DNA of 64,000 nt from a virus (lineage: Duplodnaviria; Caudoviricetes). The position numbers were made by a program, and so were the translations under genes. Each line of letters opens with the position of its first letter. Position 1 is the stretch's first letter. Positions 1-15,000 of the stretch are shown piece after piece. Under the pieces are notes generated by a model. That model worked only from the letters and a program-made list of their open reading frames with translations. It ran no database searches and was not told the origin of the DNA. The DNA is taken from the IMG/VR virus record IMGVR_UViG_3300025073_000989, one strand, 5' to 3'.

Positions 1-3000
1 TTAATATATCTTCAATTTTTTCAAGATTTTCAAATTCTACTTTTACTGTAGATTTACTATTATTAGTCGATATTGAATTTAGTATAGATTTTTGTAGTTC
101 GGCAGTACCTCCAGAAGCTGGAGCATCTGGTACAACCACCTCACCCTCTTTTAATAAATAAGGGCCTGTATCCTTAATAAGACCACCATCATGCATTACT
201 CGTGATTTTGGAAAGTTAAAAGAAACCCTACCACCAAGGGCTTTTTTGTCTGCATCCGAGCCTTGCCACCCAGTACTACCTGTACCGCGGTCATACCAAT
301 CAACCTCACCCTTAGCACGCTTAAGTTCTTTTATAAGGCGTTTTATTTGATCTATATCACTTTCACCCGACCACGTTTTAGTACTACTTATACCTAACAG
401 ATCTAGATTGTTTTTGAGATCAGTTGGTAATGCGACCGCAGCTTTTACTTTTTCTATTACAGGTACTAGTGCTTTAGTATACTCATCTTGTACATTATCT
501 TCTTTGGTTGGATTAATGAATGACTGAAATCCAGCCTTATATCTTTCATATTCTTTTGACTTGATTAATTCAGAGTATGGAACTACATCTCCTTTATCAG
601 GCATTTTAGTTATTATATATTCACCTAATTCTCCCCTTTTATATCCTACCCCAACCATACTTAATGATCTTCCTAAACCATCAGAGGATTTTATAGCCCC
701 TGCTTGTTCAGGAGAAATGGCTTTTGTTGATGCTAAATAATTAGCTATGTTGTTTTCAAGTGAAACTCTTTCTGCTGCTTTATTTTGTTTGTACTCATTT
801 AACGGATCTTTTACTAACTTAGGTTGTTTGTTACCTAATTTAGCAGAAGCAACAGCAGAATTTAACTCTTCCTTGGTTAGTAAGCCCTGTGCCATTTTTG
901 CGCGAATTTGGCTAAACTCAAAATTATCAGCTTCAGAAAAGTACCTCATTTTATCTATAGGTACAGTTGTACTTGGGTCTATATTACGCAAAGTATCGTT
1001 TAGAGTCACACCTTCATCAAAACTGTGTTTATTCTTCTTAGCCTCCTCAATGAGTTGAGATGCTGTAGGAGCTTCCAGTTGCGCTTTTTTATATTCTTCG
1101 TCAGTCAGTCTCTGATTACCGTAAGTACCTAAATAACTATACTTATCATCTACAATACCGCCTGATGCAAAAAATACTGGGCCTCCCAAAGCCTTCTTTG
1201 TAAGTTTATTTTTAATTTTAAATAAACGTTGTTTCGCGGCCTCAGTAAGGTCCATAACTTTATACAGCGCTCTAGATAGGAAAGGACTTTCGGCCGCCTT
1301 GCTACCTGCTTTACTAGTTAATTCAGCAGCTTTAGCTTGAGCATCAGCCATACGCTGTTTAAAACTTTCGGCCAGACTACTTGCTTTAGTTCCTGAAAGT
1401 TCAGATAGCTTTTGTTTACCGAAACCGTAAGCTTGTTTAGCTAGATCTCCTACTTTAGTTCCTGAAATCCCAGAAATATGTTGTTTCGCGGCCTCAGTAA
1501 GGTCCATAGCTTTATACAGCGCTCTAGATAGGAAAGGACTTTCGGCAGCTTTATACAGCGCTCTAGATAGGAAAGGACTTTCGGCCGCCTTGCTACCTGC
1601 TTTACTAGTTAATTCAGCAGCTTTAGCTTGAGCATCAGATAAATACTGTTTCACGTTTTTAACTAGATCTGTACCGGAAAAACCAGAAATATGCTGTTTA
1701 ACAGCCTCAGCGGTGTCTCCAGTAACACCCATAGTTTTATTTAATAAATCATTAATTTTAGGCTTATTTGCACTGATATCACTAATAGTAGTTTTGGTTT
1801 TATCCATCACCCCAGTAACAATTGGTCTAGTTTTATCCATACCTTTATTTAAAAAGTCTGTAGTTATCTTTATTGCATCTGTAGTTTTGTATACCCCTTT
1901 CAAAACAGATTCCGCAAAATCACCAGACTTTACACTGTAATATGACTTCCTTAAACCTCCCCAGGCACTTGAAAGAGAAGACTTGCCGATATCTATAGCC
2001 GACCCGAATCCTTTCTTTATACCAGAACCAGCAACGGTTTTTAATTTATCATAAGCAGAAGGTATACCAAGAGCCTCTCGGTGTGCTGACTCAGCAATAT
2101 TAGTTTGGTACTTGTTAGCTTTGGCCTCCCTAAATCTAGCTGTGTAGGGCCTTCCTGTATCCGATGCTTCTTGTGCAGCTGTTCTAAGTTTAGTCAACTC
2201 CTCTGCCTGTTTTTCCATTAATGTTTTTGGACTTCTTGAGGCAATAGCCCCAGACAATAACTTACCAGACAACATTGGTCCTGCAACACTCCCTAACGTA
2301 CTAGTAAAACCTGTTTCCTCATAGTCTTTTTTTAATGCGTTGCCCATAGCTAAAATACTCTCTGAAGAAAAAGTACCTGCTATATTTTTACTAGTATCAA
2401 CTGCTTGTGAAAAAACAGCCTCTGGGACATTACCCAATCTCCAACCACTGGTGCCTTTTTGTTCATCTAACTTTAGTTTTCTTTTAGCCAGGCCCTCACC
2501 TGCGCTTTTAGCCATTGCTATAAAAGGCGCTCCTGAAAAAAACCTTAACGTTTCCGTAGCAAAATTAGTAGACCAATCCCAAGCCATTTTGGGATAATTC
2601 TTCAGTTTATTACCTAGCCCTTTGGTGTCTAGGTCTTTAATTTCGGAATGTCTTTCTATAACGCTTTTATGTGCGGCTTCGCTGTGTTCTATCATTTGAT
2701 CATACCAACTATTACCACTTGACCCTGAAAAAGCCATATCACTACCTGATTTTGCTATCTTATATGCTTCCTCCCTATCAAAAACTTTAGCTTTCTCGTT
2801 TTTAATTTTATCTTCACGTTCTTTTCTTATTCTCTCTATTTCCTGGTCTGTTTTATACTCCATAGCCACTTCTTCTCTGGATAAGCCGGATATTCTTTTA
2901 GCTTCTTCTTCAGAAGTACCAGTATCTGTTAAATACCTTATACCTGCCTGCTTAGCCATATCTTCTGAAAGTTTAGCTTTTTCGGCAGCAACATCTTTTG

Positions 3001-6000
3001 CTTTTTTGGCGGCTATTTCTTCAGTAGTAGAAGAATAGATTCTGGTTAATTCGTTTATATCTTGCTCAGATCTAGCTTTGTCTAAAACATTCGACATTTC
3101 TTTTAGATTATCTAAGCTGGATATTCTATAGGATTTATTGTAGTTTATATCCTCAAATTGTCCCTGATTACCTAACTGTTTAGCTATACCGTTGTCGTCA
3201 ACAAAACGAGCTGATTTATATTCTGGATTAACTTTTTTATTTTCTATTTGTAGTCTATTTTCCTCAATAGTTCTACTCCTTACTTCCTCCAGTCTGGCTC
3301 TCAATTCCTCATCAGTATATTTATTACCAACAATACCACCTTCCGCAAATCTCGGCACCTCGCCGGTACTGTTGATATGATCGAGAACAGCATAACCAAG
3401 CTTTCTAGCAGACTCTGTTTTAATTACATATTCACCATTACTTAAATAAGCTGAAATTTTATCGGCCTTTGGACCACCTTCACCAAAAATCCTTCCTCCA
3501 GAAGCTTTCTTTTCTACTTTATCTGGCTTTTTTAAAATACTTTCTATGTTCCTTAAATGATCAGCCGCTTCTTTTGCTGCATTTAAAAGCTGCTGCTGGG
3601 GACTTTCTTTTTGACCTACACCTAAGCTTTTTGAAAGTCTTGCGGCTATATCTTCAAGCTGCTTGTTACCAGAATTACCTAAAGCATCTATAACTGGAGC
3701 CAAAGAATCCTTAATCCCAAGAGTAATAGACCTAAGCTGGCCCATATCGCCTTTTGATAAAGCGTCTATATAAGAATTTAACTTTTCCTCATCCATACCA
3801 CCTAAAGCTTTATCTATAAGATCTCTAAACGAAGTTAAAGCCGAAACATCAGTACCTTCTCCCCCAAATGTTGCTAATCTTTGTATATTAGATATAGCCT
3901 CTTTAAATGGAGCAGCTATAGACTGAAAGTCTTCAAAACCTTGTTTTTTAAATTCGTACTGACGTTCTTCTTTTTGTTTTTGAGGAAGCAGTGCCATCCC
4001 CATCAAGGCCTCTACTTTAGGATTCAAAGCAGTACCGATTAAAGTCTGCATATAACCCGCTTGCTCAACCTCATATTTATTAGCAGAAGCTTTAATATTA
4101 GAACCTGATATATTATATTTAAAGCGCTCAAGTGGAGCTATATACTGCTTACCTAACAGATCAGACGAACCGTACTGGGCTTTCATGGTATCCATGAAAG
4201 TTTTTACCCCAGAAAGATTTTCAGTTATTCTTGTACTGGACACATCTTCCAGTACAATATTCATTCTCTGAAGAGCTCCGGAAACGTTTTCAATTACTTC
4301 TACCTGTCTACCTAATGCCGCAAAGGCATCCGTAGCAGCCCTTAACTTTATTGTATCTTGTTCAATTGCAGAGTCTAGTAAATTTATCTGATTTGTATTT
4401 TCTTCAATGTCTTGTTTATCAATATCCCTTTTAGCAATAAGTTCTGCTTTATTTCCTTCTTTGCTAACTATATCAGACTTAATAGTAGCTACAGTCTGTT
4501 GTAGTCGAATTAAAGTATCGATAGAGTTTTTATAACCTTCACCAAGATTAGAATAAGCGAATTGCTGAGCATTCATTTGTCTCTTATCCATGCGAGGAGT
4601 AAGCTCACCAGGGTAACCGAACAAATCTTTGTTGGTCATCGAACCTATATTATATTTCTTCTCTAACTCATCGCTTTGAAATCCTAAATAAGCTGATTTT
4701 TTATTTGAGAAGTTCTTTAATGCCTGTTCGGCAGCAATATAAGCAGGACGTAATTTCTCTTTACTATTATCAATTTCTTTTGAAGCTTTGGCGGCAGATT
4801 CAGCCAAACGGTCAAGTTCATCGGTTACTTGACCTAAACGGTCTTTTTCTATATCTGTTTTATCTGTCCTATTAGTAAGTTCTAGCTTCTCCTCTGTTAG
4901 TTTTTTCATAACAGACTCGATATTACTTTTTTCAGTTTGTTTTAGCTCTAATTTTTTAAATTCTTCCTCAAAAGTACCAGAAGTACCTTTCATTGAAAGA
5001 GCATTATTCATTAAATTTTTAAATGGATTTTGTATATTCTTAAATCCCTTCAAAAATGTTATAGGATTGGTAAAATCAAAGTCCTTAGAAAAAAGCTTAA
5101 AGTCCTTAAACGCACCTTTAACTTTATCCATAGGTCTTAGGAATAAATCATCAATACCCATATTATAATTTAATAATTTCTTGCCATGGTAACCACCAAG
5201 AAGTTGCTCTGGTGTCATGTCACTAAAACTTCTAATACCAAAATCTACTGTCTGTGGATTATATTTACCAGCCAACATACCACTGGCCTTAGAAGGCTTA
5301 CTCAACCACTGATAAGGATTTAACATACCAAGAGCAGAAGGCTTTCCGGCCTCAGACACCATTCTAGAAACCTCTTGTGCAGAAAAAATCTCATTCACTG
5401 CACGTTTTACTGCTTCGAGTTGCATTTTAAGCTCTTCAGCAAACTTTATTCTACTTAATTCTCTTTGTAACTTACTAGCCTCCTCAGACATTATTTCAAA
5501 TTCAGATACGAGGTTTTTCTTCATATCATCAATATTATCAGTTACGTTTTTAAACTCATTATCAGTATCCAGTACTAATGATTTTTTAATAGTCTCTACT
5601 GATTGTGTTGTAGTTTTACCTATATCATTAATTTGTTGTTCAAATATCTTTTGAGCAGCCTCTGGGTTTTGTTTTATAAGGTCTTTTATAAGCTTTGACT
5701 CCTCAGCGGCTTTATTTCTGTTAGTAGATACCTCAATATCACCTGCATTTTTTTCAGCCAAATATCCAGCAAAAGTAGCGCCTAATTCTGCCGCCATTAG
5801 CTTTGCTATCTCTGAAGAAGGATCTTGACTAACTGGTCCACCGGCTTTATATTTTCCAATTATACCACCACCAGCAAATCGTGGAATTTTACCAGTTGTA
5901 TTCATGTAATTTAGTCTATCAAGCCCTAACTTATCCACAGCAGAAGCCTTAAATATATATTCCCCAGCACTAGCCATAAGCGGAACTAAATCCGAGGTTG

Positions 6001-9000
6001 GGCCTCCTGGACCAAATACAGCCCCACCGCCTGCCATTTTAGGTGGAGTACTTTTTTCCAAAAGCTCAATGTACTTTTTGTATTCTTCTGGTAGAAAGTC
6101 AGAGACTTTTGGTTTAATAGCCAATGGATCGTCTATTATACCGCCACCTGCCATTTTAGGAGGAACAGTAAGCGCTGAATCATCGCTGTCTCCAAACAAC
6201 ATGTACCCAAGTTGAGCAGCAAGCATTGCCCAACTCAGCCCAGGAATAAACCTTGACAAGCCTTTTAACCCTACCTTACCTACTAGTTTAGATAAAGTCC
6301 CAGAAACAGCCCCAGTAGCTTTACCTACAGCACCTATACTGCCTATTTTCTTTGCAGCATTATATACACCTAGTCCAGTTAAACCACTACCAACTGTAGA
6401 TAGTATTGGAGATCTTTTTACATAACCACTTACATCGTTATACTTAGATCTTAGCCAACTAGGAACTTCGCCATATTTATTCATATAGTCTAAATTCTTT
6501 ATTCCTAATTTTTTAGTTTTATCGGCATTTAGTATATACTCACCATTACTGGCCATAAGGTTAACTTTATCAGAAGTAGGTCCACCAGGACCATGTATAT
6601 ACCCTCCTGTGGCTTTTCCTTCAGGCTTATCTTTATTTAAACCTTTTATTGCATCTAGTATAGCACTCAATCTGTCTACCTGCTCTGGTCCAACGTCCTG
6701 ATCTTTTATTACATCTGTTTGTTCTTTTATGGCAGCTATAGTCTCATCTGATACTCCGTATTTTTCCTTTTCTGACCCAACATCCTTCATAAAAGCCTCA
6801 CCGGCTCTTCTTACCTTAAGCATATCCATGGTACCAACATCCTCACCACGCGCTTTTTTAGCTAAAACCTCCTCCATTGTTTTTTCAAAAGTTGATGCCG
6901 AGGCTGGCATTTCAGTATCAGATGCTTTACTTAGTAGCTTTAATCCAACATAAGTGGAAACCGCTGCTACTCCCATTTTCTTTATATTTGCTTCTGAAAA
7001 ACCCAAAGCCTGCGCAAACTGAGTCGAACCAGAAGTAATTAGTGATAACGACTGAAGCACGCCATATATGTCTGCTTTTTTCTGAGCTTCGGCACGTTTG
7101 GATTCTAGGGCTGATGTATCTTGACCGGCCGTCTTTGCTACACTTATTTGTTCATCCAGAGCATCTATTATTTTATTAGATCCACTTTTGCTTAAAGTAG
7201 AATAAATAGAACTAGCAGCAGCAGTTTTTGCTATATTTTTAGAAGAAATAAATGTGTCCTCATTATTCTCTGCCTGAAGATCTGCTATACGCTTTACGTC
7301 TTTATCGAAAGAAGGCTGTCCTTCTACTTTTGCCAAACCAAACCACTTTCTTTCTGGAGGAAGAGCGGATCTAAGTTCAGTTATAAAATCTTTATAGTTT
7401 ACACCACTATAAGCCCTTTGAGACATTTCTTCGGGCGTAAAATTATTCTTACCAATAGCATAATTCCAATCTACCTTACTAATAGCTTTTTTTATACCTA
7501 CTTCATCCACCAACTGTTTAGATAGTACATCTAAAGCTTTATTAGCTGAGGCCATTTTATCAAAATCACCGGAAGCTGCCGCCTCATCTCTAATTCCAGC
7601 TACTCTTTCCAGAGCCTCCTTGGTTCTGCCTGTTTTACCAAAACTTAAACTAAACCTATCGGCCCAACTACTCAAAAGACTTTCTACTATTTCTGTATCA
7701 TCGGTTTGGCCTTCTATAAGCCTATCTAATCTCTCAACAGTAGCAGCAGTATTATCTGCAACCTTACTAGTCTCTATCTTTAATTCTGCAACACCGGTAT
7801 CACCTGTTCTAGCCACAACCTCAGTATATTTTTTCATATCTTCTGGGCTTAGAACAGAACCAAAGCCTTTAGATACATTCCTTATACTCTCTAAAGCCAC
7901 CTTAGCCTTTTCTGCAGAAAAAACATTTTCTGATAAACCTGTTCTTTTTAAGTTTAATTCTCTCAAAGAAGAAGCTGCTTTCTCAAAGTTTGAATTATCT
8001 CTTAGGGCTCTTTGTTGAGCAGTTAAATTGTTATAACTTTCAGCCCCTAAATCTACATTAGCCAATTCGGAAAAATGACCTTTTAATAAACCACCAGTAT
8101 CAACCATTAATGCTTGTCTTGTTTTTTCTATAGCTACATTTTCTTTAAGTGCCCTAGCTCCAGCTTCAAACTCTTTAGTAAGATCAGTTAATATAGCTCT
8201 ATACTGAAAAACAACTTGGTTATTTTTCAGTATTTCCTGCAATCTTGTTAGTTCTTCAAAAAGACCAGTAGATAAGCCCTCTTTGTTATCTAAACCTTCA
8301 GCTTTTAGTTTTACCAACTCCTCTAAAGATCTTCTATAATCAGACATGGGCTTTTCATAAAACTCCTTAAAGTCCTTTGCCCAACTTTGCTGAAACGGAG
8401 AAGAACCAAAACCACTTTTAGGTGTAAAACCTTTATCCCCTTGTATAATACTTGTAGTAGCTATATCACTAAAAAATCTTTCGCCCAAATTAAAGTCTCT
8501 TTTAAAATCTTTGGCTGAAATACCACGCAAACCAGCACCAGCACCAGCAACAAACTCATTTAATGCATCTATACGGTCGGATAGGTCTTGTTCTATTGCT
8601 TTTTGTGGAAATATGGAATCAGCCATTTTCTGCATAGATTTATCAAATGGCCGCTCTTCTACCTGCAAAGTTTTGGTATTAAAATAAGTAGCTACCCACT
8701 CAAAAACACCATCAGTAGTCTCTTTAAGTCTAACTATAGCCTGATTACCGGCAATATTATATTTATCCGCAGCGCCATCAATAAAAGTAACCAGATCATT
8801 ACTTAGTAGTTTACCCTCTCTCTTAGAAACGCCTGATGTTTCCAGACGAGCAGTAGTTAATATAGAAGTAGCATCAAAAGAGGAAGCCATTTCAGGAAAA
8901 ACCCTCTTCATTACATCTGCACCTAAAACATCCTGCCACTTAATCTTACCTTTAGTTTCGTTGAGGTTAAATCTAGGCTCAACATCCAGCATTAACTGGT

Positions 9001-12000
9001 AACCTTTCTTTAATTCAGGATTATTAAATATATTAGATATCTCTTTAGGATTTAATCCGTCTGTAGATATATTAGATAATGTCTTTTTGAAATCAGAGTA
9101 GGTCTCATTAAAGTTTTTCTTAATTGTGTCTAGCTGACCTTGATACTTAATTATATCTTTATCAAAAGCTGTAGATAGTGGTGTTTTACTACGAGCACTT
9201 ATTAATTCATTTAGTCTAGTAGTTAGTACCTTCATAGACTTAGCTGGAGTAACTTCAATACCCTTAGCAAGTAGTTCACCAAAAACAGGGGCCTCTTTTA
9301 TAAGTTCCCTTAGTTCATACTTCCATTTTTCAGGGCCCTCTGTTTGAGTTAACGCCTCTATATGCTTTGAGGCTACTCCTATTTCCACCTTTGCCATATC
9401 CTTAAGTTTTACCTTTTCTAAGACCTTAAGGTAGCCTTTTAGATTATCTTTGGTGCTCAAAATAGCATTACCCAATTTATCATATCCAGCTATTAATCCT
9501 AAATTTGAAGTAGCTAAAGAGTTAGTAGTAGAGCTTACCTCTTTTTGAAAATTAGCAAGAGCAATAAGAGGACTAACATAAGTACCTAGTTCCTGTTTTC
9601 TAGACTTTTGATTAGGATCTCTCGATGCTTGTATATTTTTAAGTTTACTTGATAAGGTATCATAATTAGTAAGCAGTCCTCTAATAGAAGAAAGTTCAGA
9701 TTCTTGCGCTCTTCTAGTTCCATATACAGACTTCTCATAATCTTGAGATGAAATCAACAAACCCCTATACTTATTATTTAGCCCATTAAAGGCATACCCA
9801 AGACCAATAACCGTAGCGATTAACGGACTTATAGATTTAACTAAATCCGAATTTTTAGAGGCAAAAGCCTCTACAAACTTTGAAGCCCGCTCACCACCAA
9901 ATTCTCCTGCCTTCTTAGCAGCATACCCTGTAACTTCAGCACCTACAGCCGCCCCAGTAGCTAATGCTCCTACACCTTTTAGAACTGGGCCAGGTGAACC
10001 AGCAGTAGCCAGTGCGGATAGATGATCTAGTTTATCACTAAAACTCTCTACTGCCCCACCAGCAGAGGCCAACCCTTTAGCCCCCGTACCTACCACAGTA
10101 CCTAGCCACTTATTATAACTTTGCCCTGTATTACTTAGTAGAAATAATGTTTTTCCTAAAGATGAGTTAAAGTCTTTTAGTGTTTTTCCTTGTAAAGCCT
10201 CATCTACATCTCTTTTTAGTGTCTTAAGCCCAAGGTCTTGGCCTGGACCCTTACCTAGTACTTCAAACTTGGCGTTTGTTATTTCTCTATCAAAATTTCC
10301 TCCAAACTCTTTAAAAATAGAACTTGCTCCAGCAAGAAGATCTGTTAACTTGCCTATTACGTACCCGCCTTTAGACATGTAAGCAAAAAACAAAGTTAAA
10401 GAAGTAAGGGCAACTTTTACTGGACCAGGAATAGCGGAAATTGACTCTAACAGAAAACGCATACCCTTTAATCCAGTCTTAAAAACAGGAAGAGCCACTT
10501 TACCAAAAGCTATTTGTAGCTCTACAGCCGCTGCTTTGGTTTGCTCTATTTGTTTTTGATAAGTATTCATAATTTCAAGATTACGTCTTTCAGCCGAACC
10601 TTTTGAATTTACGCTATCTCTAACGGCCCTAAGTACATCATCCCACTTATCCATCATAACAATTAAAGAGTTATATTGACGAGTACCGCCTATAGCTTGA
10701 GCAATATTTAGTTTTTGAGCACTAGTCAAAGAATTCCACTTACTGGCTAAATCACCTAGTACATCAAAACCCTTTCTTAGTTCTCCAGACGGCGTCATTG
10801 TAGATATGCCCATTTTAGCTAATTCTTCTGGTCCTTTTTCAGCAGATAATCTTCTCAAAATAAAGCGCATCGAAGTACCAACCTCATTACCAGTCTGACG
10901 AGTAGTAGACCCTACAGCCGCAACAATACCATTTAATTGATCAAAATCAACACCAGCAACTTTAGCAGCAGAGGCGGATTTTTTAATAGCATTTGCCATA
11001 TCACCAGCAGTAACAGCAGTTTTAGCCTCAACTTCACTCCAAGCATCCATGAAACGCATCGAGCTTTCACCTTCTCTACCAAAGATGCTCATAGCAGCGG
11101 TCAAAGCCTCCGTAGCATCTTTTGCGTTAAGGGTAGTAACGTTGGCTGCCAACGTAGAAGTTTTAGTTCTATCGATAATTTCTGCTTGTGATAAACCTTG
11201 CTGAGCAAAAATTTGCATGGATTTTAAAACATCTTTAATACTTATACCATATTTTTTAGAAAATTTAATAGCAGATTCCTGCAAGGAGTCAAAGTTAGCT
11301 TCTAATGGACTCATTACCATTTTAATCCGAGCCATAGCTGTCTCTACATCTCCCATAGTATCTACGCTTTGGGCAAGTTTAGCGGTACCTCCATAAACTA
11401 AGGTAGAAGCAGCACCCCACTTAGCGGCCCTTACAATAGCACCACGAAACCCTTTCTGAGTACCCTGCATCATAGCCGTCATATCACGCTGTTTATCGTG
11501 AAAAACACCTACTTTTTTCCCAGTCTCGTCTATTGTTTCGCCATACTTATAAAAATCAGTTATTATATTTTTAAGTACATTACCGGTTTCATCAAATATC
11601 TTAGTGGTGTAAGACATCCTTTCTCCAACCTTGGCGCCGCCCTCTTCTTCAGTTTTACCATAGTATTCCTTAAGTTTTTGAATATTCATGGTATGCATGG
11701 CCTGCTGCTGAGCAGGATCAATCCATTTTGGAACCTTAACGGTACCAGTAGTACCATAAGAAGACGGGTTTGGTTCTATGCCTGCTGGTAAATACGCGGA
11801 TTCAACACTCTTAAGGTACTTTATTATATTTTCTATATTCTTTGATTTATCTGGCTCATCTGTAGAAATATTAAATTTCTTGTATTTTTCTAAAGAAGCC
11901 CTCAGCCTAGTTACTCTATCACCCATTCCTTGAAAGTCCCAAGCTTTGGCGTAAGACGAGCCCATTCTATCTACAAAGTCTTTTTTCTCCCTATCATTAA

Positions 12001-15000
12001 GAATATCTATTTTTTCTTTATTAACAGAAGTTAATTCATCTAAAATAGCCCTAGTTTTCTTAGCCGGCGCCATCCTTTCTCCAGACTCAGCATCAGATAT
12101 TATACTCTTAAATATATCGCCAAGCTGGTCATCTTCGCCTAACGGTCCTTGGGCCTGCCTAATCAACTCAGCTGGAGGTATAAAAACTCCAGCCGACTCT
12201 GCTAATTTAGAGTCTAGATGTTGTTTATTAACTGTATATATATCACTAGGTTTACCCATACCCCTTTTAACAAATTCCTGCATTCTAGAAATAGAATCTT
12301 CATATTTAGCATATGCCATAGGGGCCATACCTACACCCCTTTCTTCCTCTAAAGCAATCAACTCTTTCCTAGCGGCAGCTATTTTATTTAGGTAATACTC
12401 ACCCAAAGCCAGCCTATAAGCCTTCCATGCCTTTGTTATCATATTACCTGGAAGACCCTGTTGGTTATCAGTCCTTTTAGCTAAATCGGTAGCTTCTTTA
12501 GTAGCATCTATGAACGTTTGATAATCTGGTCCTTCGGAAACAGCCCTTTTTAGTAGATCGGCAATAGTATTAGGGACGGATTCAGTTACGTCATTAAACT
12601 CCACACCTAGGTCTTTCTGACTTAAAATAGCTTGATTTTGTAATTCTCTTAGATTTTTAGAAGTATCATCTAATAAATTACCGCCCCTATGTATTTTTGG
12701 AGGTATCCTGTAATCACTAGGAGTGGCATCAGACAGAGACGAACCTTTAGTAAACCCAGGAATAATTCTAGATTTAGTACTGTTTATATCATCTTCTATT
12801 TCTCTAAATGCTTTTTTATTATGTCTTTTAGTATATAGCTGTTGAGCTTTACTCATGAAAGAAGAAAGTTCTTCATCAGATAATTCAACTCTTTTGGATT
12901 GGGCGCTTTTTAGTTCCTCAAAGGAACCTGTCTTAGCGTAAACAGCGTCTGGTCCTAACTCTTCCCTAGCGACCTTTATGGCCTCTATATCTTTTTTATA
13001 ACGCTCTGTGTCTTTTTTAAACTTAACTACGGTTTTCTCGGAATCGCTGCCTTTACCCGCAGCAGAGTAAAACCAACCCTCAGATTTAATATCAGGAGAA
13101 GCTTCATCTCCCAGAGCCTCTATATAAAAATTAACTTGCGAAGCAGTATCTTCAAGTTTTTTTCTAAGGTAAGTATAGTTGCTTTTTCCAGAAATATGTT
13201 TAATTATATCATCAAAATCATTACCAACAACGGATATAACTTCACTAAGTTTATCTATAAAATTTGAACTAGATGTTTTTATATCTACTAATTCGGTTAC
13301 TAAGTTGTCTGATTTTTTAAGCATATCAATATGCCCAGTAATTTCTCCAACATCAGTAACTTTACTTACCAACCTCTCTGCTTCGTAGCCTTTACTTTTA
13401 TATTCTCTTTGAACCTTTTCATGCAGACCAGTACCAACAACAGCAGTAGTCCTCAATGCTGGACTTTCTGATTTTGTACCCAACATAGTTGCTTTTATAG
13501 CCTCTATTTGTGACCTCACGCGATCTTCTTCAGTGTTAATAATGTCATTGTATTTTCCGCCAGAAGATATACCACTAGCTCTAAAAACTTTACCAAAATC
13601 AGTACCAGAAAGTTCGTTTGAGTATCCAGATAAAGCACTAGCCGTACGTTCTAAGTCATCTAAGGTTCCTACAAGAGATGGAGTACCGGCCTTAGTATAT
13701 TCTATATTATCCTTTAGTTGGATAAAAGAAAGATTATCGGCTATACTTGCTATGTGCACAGATATAGGAGAACCTTCATATTTAAAAGGCAATGGTTTAT
13801 TACCATCAAAATCATCAGAAGGAGCACCTGTATCTTTACCGCCACCAGAACCCCCACCTGAACCACCGGAACTTCCAAAAGTAGACATAAAGTCACTTTC
13901 CTCGGTCCTATGAGCTTTAGTTGGTTTTCTATGTCTATCATAGCGCTTAAAATCGTTTACGTCAGCAACCCTTAAATCATTAGGCGTAAAAACACTCTTT
14001 ACTACATCAGGAGCAGACCTTTTTAGTACAGAAAGAATCTGATCTACTTGATGTAATTTAGTAACATCTTTCAAACTATCATTAAATGCTTTTTCCTTTT
14101 CTTCTGCTGTATTACCACTAGAAATATTAAGATCCTTTAGCCCCTCAGAAAATGACATCTCAACGTCTTTTCTAACAGACTTAACCCCAGTAATATCTAG
14201 CATCTTATTAAAAGTATCTTCATTGTAAAATAGTTCTTTATGGCTCTCAGATAAATTACCAGAAGAAAGACGAGTAAATAATTCCTCAGCCGACTGGTTT
14301 AAAAATGTTTCTGGATTACCGGCACTCCTAACCAACCTTATAATCTCATCCTGCTCTTTAACTAGTCGCCTAGACGAACTGTTTACCATATCAGCATAGG
14401 CGCCACCAGCTGTACTAGCACTCTGTATATCACCAAGCGCCGATTCTATTTCCGCAACTGTAGCTTGAAGTCCTTTTTTAGAAGAATCACTACCAGAACT
14501 AGCTCTAGTAAACCCATGCAAAGGCATATATGCATCAGAAAAATATTTCTTTATAGGATCTGCATTTCCAGACTTTAGCTTTTCCCAAGCATTGCTTTTA
14601 TAGGTATCAAAATCTACTGGTTTTCCTTTTATAGTAGGATTAATATCATACTCCTTCTTTATACCCTTATTTATAGCGTTTGCAATATCCTTACTAAGGT
14701 CACTTATAAAGCCACTAAACCCCTCTTTAGAGATTAAATCTTCTAGTAATGCCTTTCTACCAGTAGGTATTTTACCACTATACCCTTTAATACTATATAG
14801 ATTTTCAGCCTCAGTTTTTAATTCACCAGTAGACATAGCACCGAAACGCATCTTTAAAGAGGCTTCGTTTTGTTCCATAAACTCTTTCAAGCCCTTTAAA
14901 TCATCTTCTGTATTTACTCTACTTATAAAAGCACTAGAATCCCCTTTTGCAAAGGTTAATGCTCTTATAATATCCCTAGAAACTGTACCTTCACCTGCGT

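Noticed and set aside
1229-1638. Repeats as a CRISPR array
   Set aside because: No unique spacers; the repeats are in-frame coding duplications.
13808-13826. Second DFDG string (SDDFDGNK) as another RNAP active site
   Set aside because: Lacks the third Asp and lies in a low-complexity linker without barrel context.
13750-13941. 63-aa minus-strand ORF
   Set aside because: Alternative frame over the Gly/Ser linker of the giant ORF; no independent support.
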